Shown here piece after piece: positions 1 to 16,307 of a DNA stretch of 64,000 nt; the stretch's first letter is position 1, and each line of letters begins with the position of its first letter. Below the pieces are notes generated by a model. The model saw nothing but the letters and a program-made list of their open reading frames with translations. It did no database searches and was not told the origin of the DNA. Origin of the DNA: Dictyostelium discoideum (lineage: Eukaryota); the NCBI GenBank assembly GCA_000004695.1, contig CM000152.2, positions 2,944,001 to 3,008,000 of the forward strand, read 5' to 3'. The position numbers and the translations under genes are program-made.

Positions 1-3600
<3,600 letters not shown>

Positions 3601-4261
3601 GTTTTTATATATTATTTTTATTCTTTTTTTACAATTATTTCTACAATTTTTTTTTTTTATATTTGATTTTTAAATGTACAAAGTTTAATTTTAATTTTAA
3701 TTTTTAAATTTTCAGACTTTTTATTTTATTTATTTTTATTTTTATTTTTATTTTTATTTTTATTTTTATTTTTATTTTTATTTTTATTTTTATTTTGACT
3801 ATTTAGATTTAATATATTATATTATTACAACAATTAAATTCCTAAAATAATGTATAATAGTTTTCATTTAATGTTTATACATTTATTTTTATATATGTAG
3901 GAATATATATTTATATTTATATTTATATTTTATTATAGAGATAATAGGGGTAGTGGTGGTTGTGGTGGTAAATGGTGGTTTTTGATATTATAAATTAAAT
4001 TATGAAAAAAATGTGGTTTATAAAAAAATAAAAAAAAAAATACTTTTTTTTTTTTTTTTTTTTTTCATTTTTTTTTTTTTTTTTTTTAATTTTATTTTAA
4101 TTTTAATTTTTTTTTTTTTTTTTTTTTTATATAATATGAAATTCAAATAAAAAAAAAAAATAAAAATAAAAAAAATAAAAATTTTATTTAGAATAAATCA
4201 AAAAAAAAAAAAAAAGAAGAACGCGATAATAACAAAGAATACACAATAAAATACTAGAATA

Positions 4262-4688
4262 ATGAATTCACTTTCAATATTAAATAATATTGAAGATAAA
4301 GTTGTAGAGGCAATTAATACGGCAGCATTATCATTGGAATCATTATCAGCTTCTTTGGATATCGAAAATACCAATGAAAATTTCTCAAAATTTCAAACTC
4401 AATCAGATAAATTTTATAATTTAGTGAAAAAAGATATTCATAAAGGTTTAATAGATTTCATTGATTCAATGACTGATATTGCACCATTTGATCATTCAAG
4501 TTATCTAAAGAAATCAGAATTAGAAGTCTCTCATAATTTCACTGAAATCATTCTAAGTCATTTAGAAGATTTAAATAATATAGTTGAAAATAATCAAGAA
4601 AAACAAGAAAAAGAAAAACAAGAAAAAGAAAAATTAGAAAAAGAAAAATTAGAAAAAGAAAAACAACAATCAAATGAAATGAATATTG

Positions 4689-4693
<5 letters not shown>
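4262..4693 (+). CDS. Small hypothetical protein (143 aa) with a C-terminal EKEKQ/EKEKL repeat. There is a weak Mediator-subunit-like motif (NFTEII).
   Basis: Clean ATG...TAA ORF with AT-rich flanks (AAAATAATG context). No intron signals. No recognised catalytic motif. Confidence 0.5.
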
Positions 4694-4725
<32 letters not shown>

Positions 4726-4943
4726 ATAATAAATAATAATAAATAATATAATAATATAATTCACTTTTAAAAAGTGAATTTTTTGTAAATAGTAATAATA
4801 ATAATAACAACCTATTATTTATTTGATTTTATTTATTTGATTTTATTTATTTGATTTAATTTATTTTTTTTTATATTTTTTTTTAATTCATATACGTTAT
4901 TTGTTTTTTTTTTATTTTTTTATATAAAGTTTTTTTTTTATAT

Positions 4944-5630
4944 TTAATTTAATAAACCTTCATCTTCTTCTTCACCATCACCAAAACCAGAATCTCCTTC
5001 ATCGAATAAATTATTTGGATTATTCATTCTAGATTGTTTATTTAATAATCTATTATGATTTAAGAAATCTCTATTTTGTTCCAATTGTTGTTGTAATAGA
5101 TTTCTTCTTCTAACTTCATCACCATTTGAACTTTGAGATCTTCTATGACCACGTGCAGCAGGTTTATACAATGGTGGTGGCATTAAAGAATTACCACTAC
5201 CCTTTTGAGCAATACCACCTAAATTTGGATTTGAAATACTAGAGATTGATGATGATGAACTATTCAATGAATGTGGTGCTGATACATGACTATTATTATT
5301 ATTATTAATATTTACATTTGGTGCAAATGAAACATGAGGTTGGAATGATGGTTGTGTTGATTGTGGTACTGGTGGTGCATGTCCATTAATATTAAAATTA
5401 TCAAATGTATGTTGTGATTGTTGTTGTTGTTGTTGTTGTTGTGCTGCTGTTGTTGCTGTTGATGTTGTTGATGATATTGTTGTTGTGTAATAACATTTGC
5501 ATTTGAATGTGACAAACGACCCGTTGATGGTGATAATGGTGGTGATGACGATGGTGTTAAAATTAATGTATATAAACGAGCATCTTCCAAAGATGCTGAA
5601 TGTGGGAATCTTAATCCTTGTTGTTGTGGG

Positions 5631-5706
<76 letters not shown>

Positions 5707-5817
5707 GCTGTTGTGGGTGTTGTTGTTGTTGTAAATGATGAATATTTGGTGGGAGTGGTGGTTTCTTTGCACCAATTACAGGTGACAAACTACCAGGAGT
5801 TAATGATATTGGTGTAC

Positions 5818-5851
<34 letters not shown>

Positions 5852-6649
5852 TGATTGTTGATAACGTGGTGAAGGATTTGAGGTTGGTTCACTTAATCCG
5901 AAATTACCAAAACCTGACTCTGATGTATTGGTTGTAGTTGCCGAGAATGGATTAAATGTTGGTTCGGTTGAAAATGGATTACTACTATTTATATTATCAA
6001 ATGATGAATTCAAACTTGCATTACCTGATAAATTACCACTATTACTATTATTACTATTATTACTATTATTACTATTATTATTATTATTATTATTATTATT
6101 TAAATTTAAATCTGATAAACTACTATTTAATCTATTAAAACTATTACTTCTAACAATAGTAAAAGTTGGAGCAGTATTTGGTAAAGTTGGAAAGAAAATA
6201 TCAGAGAAACAAGGTACTTGTGCTAACTTTGTATATTGTTCCCTTAATCTTGTATACATTGATTGAAATTGATTAACACATGAAATTAACTTCATATCGA
6301 CATCACTAAATTGTTTTGATAAAACATCTATCGAACCACTAATAAAACAAAAGATACTATATGATGAACTATTTAATATATTTACACAATGTTGTAATAA
6401 TGAAATTGGAACATTACCACTACCACTACTATTACTACTACAAATATTATTAATACAATAATCTGATAAATTATTTTGAACTAAAAATAAATGATCCATA
6501 ATATCGAATAAAGCTTTAATTGTATTTATACTAATTGGATGATTATTACTATCTAATGATTCTGGTATACCCCATTTCATCTCTTCAAATGCAAAACTAC
6601 CATCAATCATATAATTCTTTTGATGAAATAATATAAATTTATATAACAA
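4944..6649 (-). CDS. Hypothetical poly-Q/poly-N rich protein. A single gene is split into two track ORFs (5312..6649 and 4944..5267) by an apparent 1-nt frame change inside a CAA/AAC repeat near 5400..5440.
   Basis: The upstream ORF reads as protein up to ...[15 protein letters not shown] and then degenerates (IHLIILILMDMHH...). The +1 frame over the same bases reads QQQQSQHTFDNFNINGHAPPVPQSTQPSFQPHVSFAPN... directly into the second track ORF, which starts at a TTG. There is no GT...AG intron of plausible size between them. Confidence 0.5.
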
Positions 6650-6759
6650 TAATGAATAATGTGATAATAATTCACCTAATTGTAAATCTATATATATAAA
6701 ATGTTTAAAAATAAATAAATAAATAATTTTGTTAAACCCACCCTACTATTATTAATTAT

Positions 6760-7082
6760 TCATTTATTTAAATAAAACTTACATCTATCTTTTTGTTTTG
6801 ACCAACCTAAATATAAATTATTAAATAAATCCTTACTATCATGAACATCGGATTTAAATTGTATATTATTACCCTCTGATAATAAAGCATGTACCAATAA
6901 TAATGATTTGAAACAAACTAAAGGTTCTTTCAATGGCCTCTTTACAATGATATGCATTGTACCTTTACCTGGTTTCATTGATTTCAATTTCAATAATAAT
7001 CCACTATCAAATGTATTAGTTTGATCATTATTTGTAAGTTGTGTAATAATATTTAAAATTTCTTCATTCGTTATATTATTTC

Positions 7083-7136
<54 letters not shown>

Positions 7137-8761
7137 TACTATTACTATTATCGTTACTATTTACATTAAATGGATTATTACTTAAATTCGTACGTGGTGA
7201 ATCCCTAAATGGATCATCAAAACTATTATTACTATTATTAGGAGGGAATGAAACTGGTTGAAGTGATGGTGTTGTACCTGGTGTCGCCCTTCTTTTTGGT
7301 GGTGTTGGACTTGGTTGTGAAATATTTCCATTACTATTACTATGTTCTAATCCATTACTATTATTTTCAATATTATTTACAACTGTTGGCGATGGTGATG
7401 GTGATGGTGATTGTGATGGCGCAGGTGGTGGTGGTGTTGGTGTTGGTGTAGTTTGTGATACAACCTTTGGTAATGGTTTTGGTATATTTTTACCATTTAC
7501 TATATTATTATTATTATTATTATTAATATTATTATTATTATTATTTATATTATTATTTTCATTATATGATAATAAAATATTTGATTTATGAGAAGGGAAT
7601 AATGGTTGTTGATTTCTTAATAAATTTAATTGATTTGTAATTTCAAAGATATTAGGTCTATTGATTGGATCAGGATTTAACATTATTTTAATTAAAGATA
7701 TTAAATCATTTGAATGAGTATGATTTGGGGGTATTGTATAATTTGAATTTAGTATACCTAATGAACCTGAATCTTCAAATGGTGTGACATAGAACAATAG
7801 TTTATACAACAGACAGCCCAATGCCCAGATATCGATTTTCTCATTGATGACTGGTGACCTGTAGAAATCGACAATCTCTGGCGCTCTGTATTGTAATGTG
7901 GTGTGACGTGATATATCGTCTTCGGCATTCTGCATCTCGGTTTTATTCTTCATTCTTGTGATTTCCTCGGTGGCTGACCCGAAATCACAGAGTTTGTAAA
8001 TGCCACTCTCTTCATCCAATAAAACATTTTCAACCTTTAAATCCCTATGAATTATCAATGGTTGTTGTGAATGCATATATGCAACCGATTCACAAATATC
8101 TTGAAAGATCTTCAATATCTCTTGATCTGTAAATTTACTTCCACTCGATAATCTCTTTTGCATTATCTCTACTAAATGTCCACCTGAACAATATTCCATC
8201 AATATAAACATCTCTGTATTATTCTTATCACTAACTTTATGATAATCTAATATTTTAACTATATTTTTATGTTTTGTTAATCTTTTCTATAAGATAATAA
8301 AAAAAAATAATAATAAAAAAAATAAAAAAAAATAAAAAAAGAGTTAGAAGGGAATAATAAAAAAAAAAAAAAAAAAAAAAATAGAAAATATTAATAAGGA
8401 AAAAAAAAAAAAAAAGATTTTTACCATTATTGAAATTTCATGTTTAACACCTTTTAATTCATCCTCATCCCTAATTAAAATTCTTTTTAATGCATAATGT
8501 TTTGAAGTATTTGAATCTTTTACTAAGAAAACATATGAAAAGCCACCTAAATTTTCAGGAAAAAAAATAAAATAAAAATAAAAATTTTATTTGAATATTT
8601 GAACTTGTATATATATATATATATATTTCAACACAAATTATCTAAAAAGATTATTTTTGTTATAAAAAAAATATATATTTATAAATACCTTCTGCAATTT
8701 GCTTAACAAAATTTAAATGATATGAACCAATTTTTAAAGTTTTACCTTGATTATTTCCCAT
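6760..8761 (-). CDS. NAK-family (AAK1/BIKE/Ark1-Prk1-like) Ser/Thr protein kinase, three exons: 8689..8761, 8425..8546 and 6760..8286.
   Basis: Exon 1 is MGNNQGKTLKIGSYHLNFVKQIAEG, a possible N-myristoylation site, with a GAAG|GTATTT donor. Exon 2 (after TTTAG|) is GGFSYVFLVKDSNTSKHYALKRILIRDEDELKGVKHEISIM, kinase subdomains I-III, with a GTAAAA donor. Exon 3 (after CTTATAG|) is KRLTKHKNIVKILDYH...MFILMEYCSGG...HRDLKVENVLL...LCDFGSA...YRAPE, characteristic of AAK1-type kinases. The intron phases (1, 0) check arithmetically. Confidence 0.8.
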
Positions 8762-10585
8762 ATTTTTATTATAATTATTATATTTTAATTAAAATATACT
8801 TTTTTATATTATGTTTTTTTTTTTTACTTAATTAAATATTAAAATTGTTTTAATACACCTTTTTTTTTAAAAAAAAAAAAAAAAAAAATGTAATTAATTA
8901 TTATTATTATTTTTTTAATATTTTATTTTATTTTCTAATATTATTATTTTTTATAATTTTTTTTTTTTGTTTTTTTTACTTTGTTGTTTATTTATGGTTA
9001 TTTTTGAATTAATTCAAAAAAGAAAGTAATAAAACTTAAGATAAGTTTCTTATTATTATGTTTTAATACTTTTTTTTATTTATTTTTTATTTTATTTTAT
9101 TTTTTATTTTATTTTATTTTTTTTACTTATTCAAATAATGACACACCAAAAATGTGTTAATTCTTTATTATTATAAATTAATTTATTTTCAAATCAAAAA
9201 ATTAGAAAATAAAAAAAAAAAAAAAACACAAAAAATAATTTGAAAAATAAATTTTAAAAAAAAAATAAAAAAATTAAAAAAAAAAAAATGACCTAATTTC
9301 ACAAAAAAAAAAAAAAAAATGAAAAAGGTTTGTTTTGACTAAACTAAAAAAAAATAATTAATTTAATAACTAACTAAAAAAAAAAAAATTTATATAATAA
9401 TAAAAATTAAAAAAATTAATGATATAAAAAAATTACAATAAAAGGTGTGAATTTTTAAAAAAAAAAAAAAAAAAACAATTCTGCACTTTTGAATCATTTA
9501 AAACCATTACTAAATTCCCCAATGCACCATTATCTAATCAATTATTAATTTTAAGGAATAAAAAAACTCATCCCAAAATGCTTTTACAAAAAATGATTTT
9601 TTTTGGAAAAAGAAAAAATAAAAAAAATAAAAAAAAAAAATAAAAAAATAAAAATAAAAATTTAAATCTGTGTAATTCCTTCATCTCATTGGAAATCAAA
9701 AAAAAATAAAAAAAAAAATAAACAGAAAGGTTGAAGGTTATATAACCCAAAGACATTTTGACCAACACCGCTGTTGCAATTCAAATAATATTTTTCGAAT
9801 TTTTTAAAAAAAAAAAAAAAACAAAAAATTAAATTAAATAAAATTTTATTTCCATCTCTTAACAAAAAAAAAAATAAAAAAAAATAAAAAAAAAAATAAA
9901 AAAAATATAAAAAAAAAATATAAAAAAAAAAAAAATTCAAATTTGGATTTAGTTTCATTATTAATTATTTTTTTCAAAAAAAAAAAAAAAAAAACTATAA
10001 AAATAGTTGTAGTATTAGTACACAAATTATATTAAATTTACACAAATTTTTTTTTTCCAAATCAATAATAAAAAAAATAAACCCACACCACCAAAAATTT
10101 GTATACATAAATAATTTAACACAATAAGCTTTTTTGTGCAGGAATAAAAAAAAAAAAAAAAAAAAACTTTTTTTATTAAATTAAAGGTACATATTTATTA
10201 TTACTCATTTTAATTTTATATTTTTTTAAACATAGGAATAATAAAAAGTAATCATATAATTTAATTAAAGTTTTAAAAAAAAAAAAAAAAATAAAAAAAA
10301 AAAATAAAAAAAAAAAAAAAACAACCACTATCTTCGCACTCGCTTTTTTTTTTTTTTTTTTTTTTTTTTCAATTATTGTTATAAAAAATAAAAAAAAAAA
10401 TAAAAAAAAAAATAAAAAATTAATTTAATTTTAATTTTAATTATATAGAAGAAAAAAAAAATAAAAAAAAAAAACACTCACACAAAAAAAAAAAAAAAAA
10501 AACCAAAACAGAGACAAAACAAATAAAATAATATTATATTATAAAATTTTAGAATCTATAAACATATAAAAAAAAAAAAAAAAAA

Positions 10586-11002
10586 ATGTCAGAACCGTAA
10601 GTAAAGGATTTTTTTAAAAAAAAGTTAATAACAATAGTAATAATTAAATAAATACTAATTAAAATCAATATGTACCAAAAAATAATAATAATTAATAAAT
10701 CAATATAATAATAATAATTTTTTAGAGTTAATAAAGTAAAACAAACTCAACAACAAGTTGATGATGTTACAAATACCATGCACATTGCAGTTGGTAAAAT
10801 GTTAGATAATCAACAAAAAGTTTCAGAATTAACAGATAAGAGTGAAAATATGAAACAAGGTGCTCAACAATTCAAAAAGAAGACTAATGAAATCAAACGT
10901 TTAATGTGGTGTAGAAATATAAAACTTACTCTTATCATTATTGCAGTAGTTGTGCTCTTATTGGTTGTTATTATTGTACCAATTGTTCTCAAATTTACAT
11001 AA
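10586..11002 (+). CDS. Synaptobrevin/VAMP-type R-SNARE. Exons: 10586..10596 and 10726..11002.
   Basis: Exon 1 is 11 nt (ATG TCA GAA CC|GTAAGT). Exon 2 follows TTTTTAG|. The spliced protein is MSEPVNKVKQTQQQVDDVTNTMHIAVGKMLDNQQKVSELTDKSENMKQGAQQFKKKTNEIKRLMWCRNIKLTLIIIAVVVLLLVVIIVPIVLKFT. This matches the brevin SNARE motif (RV..V.E.M..N..KVLERDQKLSELDDRA..L.A.QF...A.KLKRK.WW.N) plus a C-terminal transmembrane anchor. Confidence 0.8.
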
Positions 11003-11421
11003 ATCAATTTAAAAAAAGGAAAAACAACATTAATATATATATTTAAGAATTCAAAAAATTAAAAAAAAAAAAAAAAAGTTATAACTCAAAATAATAAATA
11101 AGTAATAATACCCAAAAAAAAAAAAAGAAACAAATAATAACTAGTAGCAAATAATAAATAATAATAATAAATAACAAATAATACAATATAAATTCATTTT
11201 TTATATACAGTGCAAACTATAGTATTTAAACAATAGCACACAAATATATATATTTGTAAATATAATAACCCAATATCAAAAAAAAAAAAACAAAATTAAA
11301 AAAAAAAAAGAAAAAAAAAAAAAAAAGAAAATAAAATCAAATATGTCATTATTTATAGACTTATATATATACATAATTTCTTTTAATATATATAATTTTG
11401 TTTTTTATTATATATTATTTT

Positions 11422-11505
11422 TTATCTAATTTTCATTAATATTGGTGGAACTAAACATATTTTTGGAGTTGGTTGCACAGAATTAATGACAGGAGATTGA
11501 TTACT

Positions 11506-11573
<68 letters not shown>

Positions 11574-11692
11574 GAATAGATGATGAAGGAACTAAAATTG
11601 ACTTAAATTTTTTAGCATATAAATTTCTATTTTCAATATCACCCAAATCATTATATATAATACTTTTTAAATAATAAATTTCTTTTAATAGT

Positions 11693-11736
<44 letters not shown>

Positions 11737-12304
11737 TGATTGATTTGAAAATAATTGTAAAAATAATTGTTCAGATCTATTTAAATAATCAATTGATTGT
11801 TTAGTTGAAGTTGAAATTAAAGATTTTGCCCAAAGTAAATATAATTGAGAATTTAATAATTTATCAGATAAAACCATTGGTAAAGTTTCCTTTATTAAAG
11901 TGATTGCTTTATCTAATCTATCAGTTGATAAATGAATTTTAATTAATGCAATATTGGAATCAGCTATTGAATTTGCTAAATGATAACTATTCGATAGAGA
12001 TAATGCTGATAGTGTATCTGATAAACCAGAGAATCTATATGGTGATGATTTTTCATAAATTTTTGAAAGCAATGAATAGAAATGAGTAATTTGTGAATCT
12101 AATCCGAAATCTCTTGAAATTTGAATACCTTTAACAATTAAATTCATTGATTTTTCATACATTCCTCTAACATTACAATAATATTTAATTATTTTTTGAT
12201 AACAAATAACAATTTGACTCCAACCTGATCCATCAACACTATCTTCTGACTGAAATCTATTTGTAATATTAATTAATGATTCAATTACAATTGATATCAA
12301 TAAT

Positions 12305-12380
<76 letters not shown>

Positions 12381-12594
12381 CAATATTAATCATTAAATGA
12401 TCAAATAAAATTGATAAAACTGTAAATGTTAATAAATTACCACAAAGATGTTGAGTTTTATAAATTGAAAAACATTTTATCAATATTTGAATTGCTTCAT
12501 TATATTTTGATTTCTTTGAATATAATAATGCTAATTTACAAAATGATAATAAATCTGGTGGTTGTTGGTTTTGTTGTTGTTGTTGTTTAATTTG

Positions 12595-12628
<34 letters not shown>

Positions 12629-12925
12629 GTACCTATATTATAGATGATTGTATTTTGAGAAGAAACAGCACGTAATGGGTCATGTTGAAGTGATAAATCA
12701 TTAGAATGATATGATTTCATTGCTAATTCAGTAAAAAATTGTGCAAGATCATTATTACCTAATAGTTCCCATGAACTTGAATAAAGATGATGTGCTATCA
12801 TTGCAGTGCTACTACTCTTATCTAATAATCTTGAAATTTCAATTGGTTGAAATATATCATTCCATAAATGAAATGATTTACCAAACATATTAACACCACC
12901 ATTATTATTACTATTACTACTATTA

Positions 12926-12972
<47 letters not shown>

Positions 12973-14552
12973 GTTGTTATTATTATTTGTATTATTTGTA
13001 TTATTATTATTATTATTATTATTATTGTTTGCATTATTTGTATTGTTATTATTATTTGTATTATTATTAGTATTTGAATTATTGTTATTATTATTATTAT
13101 TTGAATTATAATTATTTGAATTAATATTTGTTGAAAATTCACCATTTTCTAATTTATATTTTGAAAAAGCAGTATGATTGAGTGCTAAAAGGTCAGGCAT
13201 TTCAAGATCTCTACTTCTTTCAATTGATTTTTTTAAAATTTCAGAATCACTGTGGGATGCTAATAGGTATTGTAATAAATTTGAAGATTCCATTGAATTG
13301 TAAACAGACTTTTTTAATAATCTAGCTAACCAATGATCAGCCAATGCTAAACAAGAATGATCAGCACGTTCTTGTGCAATTCTAATTGCTTCTCTTAATG
13401 CTAGATAACTCTCTTCGTAATGACCGAAATGGTAATGTAATCTAACTAAATTCAATACCGCATATGGTAGCATTAAATTAGTGGTATCACCACTACCACC
13501 AATAAAATTATAATTATTATAATAATAATTACTACTATTACTATTACCCGATTGATAATTGTCATTTGGCGTGAACAGAAATGAAGATGCCGAGGAAGAC
13601 CATTGTGAAGATGTCATTTGACCATTAACATAATCGAAATATCTATGTAAATCTTCTAATGATTGGTCATAATCTTGATAACCAATATTAAATAACAAAG
13701 AAATTAAATGAACTCTCTTTACATTTGGTAATGATGCTTTCAACCTATTCACCTGATTCTCAATCTCCAATGGTGTTTCAATGCCAATTAATGAATTGAT
13801 TCTAATAGTCTCTTCATAAATAAATCTTTCTTCATCTAATGGTGATAAAAATTTAATTTTATTTTCATAATTACTAATTTCATTATAATCCTCTTGTTGT
13901 TGTTGCTGTTGTTCTTGATCCATTGACATATCTATACTATTATCATTTTCACAATGCTCTTTTTGTTGTTGTTGTTGTTGTTGTTGTTGAATTTTATTAA
14001 TTTCATTATAGAAATCATTTAGGTATTGATCTAATTGATCATAAAGTTTAATTAAACCATCGAATAGAATTTGATTAAAATTTAAAATTACTTTTTTAAT
14101 GAAGATACCTAAAATACTTTTTGAATCTAATAGTTGCATTTGTTTTGAATTTATAGATTCATGATCATTACTACCATTGAATAATTCTTTTAATGAACTC
14201 ATAAATTGATAGATATCATCTACACTATCAAATTGAATCATTCTTAGGAATTCATTATTTATAAATTGAATTGGTAATACATATTTTAATTCTTTTTCAA
14301 TGAAATCATATAAACTAACTTCTTTAACTGTATCTTGATAATTATTTTCCTTTTTTTTATTTATTTATTTAAATAAGTTAATCAGTATATAAAATATAAA
14401 TATTAATATTAATATGGTATATTTACTTTTATGTGTCTAATTAATAAATGAGATAAAGATTGTTTTTGATGGTATTTGATTGTTCCATTTAGATAATATT
14501 CAACTAAAACACAAATTGTAATTTTGTGAGGTGTTAATCTATATTTATCCAT
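11422..14552 (-). CDS. anapc5: Anaphase-promoting complex subunit 5 (APC5) homologue. Exons: 14427..14552 and 11422..14349.
   Basis: Exon 1 is MDKYRLTPHKITICVLVEYYLNGTIKYHQKQSLSHLLIRHIK|GTAAAT, with the TP.KI..LVL motif of the APC5 N-terminus. Exon 2 (after AAAAAAAAG|) is ENNYQDTVKEVSLYDFIEKELKYVLPIQFINNEFLRMIQFDSVDDIYQF... and continues into the 939-aa track ORF. That ORF holds TPR-like helices (AIRIAQERADHSCLALADHWLARLL; LHRYFDY) and long poly-N/poly-Q inserts. The intron is 77 bp and both junctions are phase 0. Confidence 0.7.
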
Positions 14553-14705
14553 TATCTTGGTTTTAATAAAATAAAATAAAAAAAATAAAAAAAAAGTGAA
14601 AAAAAAGAAAAATAATGAAAATTTGGCGCAAAAAAAAAAAAAAAAAAAAAAAAAAAACACAAAAATAGTGTGATTAATTAAAAGTAAAAAAAGAGTTTTT
14701 AATAA

Positions 14706-16307
14706 TTAATATTTATTTATTTTTGTTTCTTTAAAGGAAATATTTTTAACATGAGGTTTAAAATTTAAAATTTTATCTTTCATTAATATATCAAGATTAA
14801 TTGTATGTAATGATTCTGGTAAAATTGGAATGATATCATTTTGAAAATCATCACTACTATAACAATGATTTAAAGTTAATTCAGTTAATGATTCTGGAAG
14901 ATAATCAATTTTTAAATTTGATTGGTAAATATCCATTTCTGTTTTTGGTGTTTTTATTGGTATTGTTATTGTTGAAGTATAAATTGTATCAATAAGTGAT
15001 AATTTTTTTAAATTATTTGGTAGTGAACCAATTGGAAATGTTAAATGTAAATTTTTAGTTTTAAATGTTAAATCAGTTATTGAATTTGGTAATATATTCG
15101 ATTCAAATATTACATTCTTATCTCTAAGAGTATATGATGAACTTTGGTATATAAATGATTGAATATTTGAATCTAATGGTATTAACTTTTTATTTAAATC
15201 AATTTCATGACCTTTTAAATGAAGTTTTAATAAATTTAATTTATTTTCACCAAAGTCCATAAAATTTGGTAAATTAATATTAATAGTCAATTCATCCAAT
15301 ATTGTTGGTAATGCACCAGATTCAATAACTAAACTTTTTAGAATACATAATAATGTTAAACATTTAACACTTGATGGTACAATACCAATTCTAAGAAATG
15401 ATGAATTTTTTTCTGAATAATAATTATAATAGCTTATAGTTTCAATTTCTTCAAATTTATAATTTTTATAATTAATAACATTGTTACTATTATCACCACC
15501 ACCACCACCATCACCACCATTATCATTATTACCACCATCGATATTATTACTATCAACAGATGATATTAATTTCATTGTATCAACTTGAAATTTTAAAATT
15601 TTAATTGAATTTGGTAAAATGTTTTTTTTAATTTTATTACTATGATCATTTATTTTTAAATTTGTAATTGAAGATGGGATATCTGTTTGTTTTAATTCTA
15701 AACCTTTTTTATTACCCCAATAACAAGATCTCCAAAATGATAATGATGTAACTGAATTTGGAATTTTAAATTTATTTGATAGTTGTGAACATTTTTTAAT
15801 AGATATTGATTTAATATTTTTAGGAATAATATCATCATCATCATCATTATTATTATTATTGTCACCAAAATTGTCCCCTTGTAAAATTACATTTTCAACA
15901 TTTGTTACACTTGATGGTAAATCTTTTAATGATATAACTCTTTTTTTTAATTTTTTAATTGAAAACTCTTCATCAGAATCACAATCACTATCAATACTAA
16001 ATATTACATTTTCAACAGTGTTTGGAATTTCTGGACCTGTAATGATAGGTACCGGTTCTGTGAATTCAATAGTTTTTAATAACCCATTACATGGTAAATC
16101 ACCAATTTCTAATGGTTTTCTACTTTGATATTCTAATGTTTGAATATAATCCCTATCTTTATATTTCAATAATGTTTCTTTATTTTCAAATTGAACAAAT
16201 TCATTATTAATTATTTTTATAAATTCAAATATTTTAAATTTTAAAAATTTATTTCTCCAAGTTTTAAAAAATAAACTATCATTTAAATCTTTACTATTTA
16301 TTTCCAT
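14706..16307 (-). CDS. FNIP-repeat-containing protein (Dictyostelium-expanded family).
   Basis: A single 533-aa ORF. It repeats roughly 22-aa units: IPNSVTSLSF, LPNSIKILKF, LPNSITDLTF, LPNNLKKLSL, LPESLTELTL. Confidence 0.7.
   Translation of the reverse strand: MEINSKDLNDSLFFKTWRNKFLKFKIFEFIKIINNEFVQFENKETLLKYKDRDYIQTLEYQSRKPLEIGDLPCNGLLKTIEFTEPVPIITGPEIPNTVENVIFSIDSDCDSDEEFSIKKLKKRVISLKDLPSSVTNVENVILQGDNFGDNNNNNDDDDDIIPKNIKSISIKKCSQLSNKFKIPNSVTSLSFWRSCYWGNKKGLELKQTDIPSSITNLKINDHSNKIKKNILPNSIKILKFQVDTMKLISSVDSNNIDGGNNDNGGDGGGGGDNSNNVINYKNYKFEEIETISYYNYYSEKNSSFLRIGIVPSSVKCLTLLCILKSLVIESGALPTILDELTININLPNFMDFGENKLNLLKLHLKGHEIDLNKKLIPLDSNIQSFIYQSSSYTLRDKNVIFESNILPNSITDLTFKTKNLHLTFPIGSLPNNLKKLSLIDTIYTSTITIPIKTPKTEMDIYQSNLKIDYLPESLTELTLNHCYSSDDFQNDIIPILPESLHTINLDILMKDKILNFKPHVKNISFKETKINKY

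Noticed and set aside
5497-6266. Plus-strand poly-V, poly-L and poly-Y ORFs.
   Set aside because: They are antisense to the poly-Q/poly-N tracts of the minus-strand gene 4944..6649.
9568-9958. Two overlapping F/L-rich minus-strand ORFs.
   Set aside because: They are translations of A/T homopolymer-rich intergenic DNA. Neither has a protein-like segment.
12822-13145. Poly-I and poly-L ORFs inside ANAPC5.
   Set aside because: They are alternative frames or strands of the (AAT)n tracts that encode poly-N in ANAPC5.
14409-14660. Track ORF MFFFFFFFFFCAKF...MDKYRLTPHK...
   Set aside because: Only the 3' part from MDKYRL is real. It is exon 1 of ANAPC5 and ends at the GTAAAT donor. The poly-F prefix is a 5' poly-A/T leader read through from an upstream non-ATG start.
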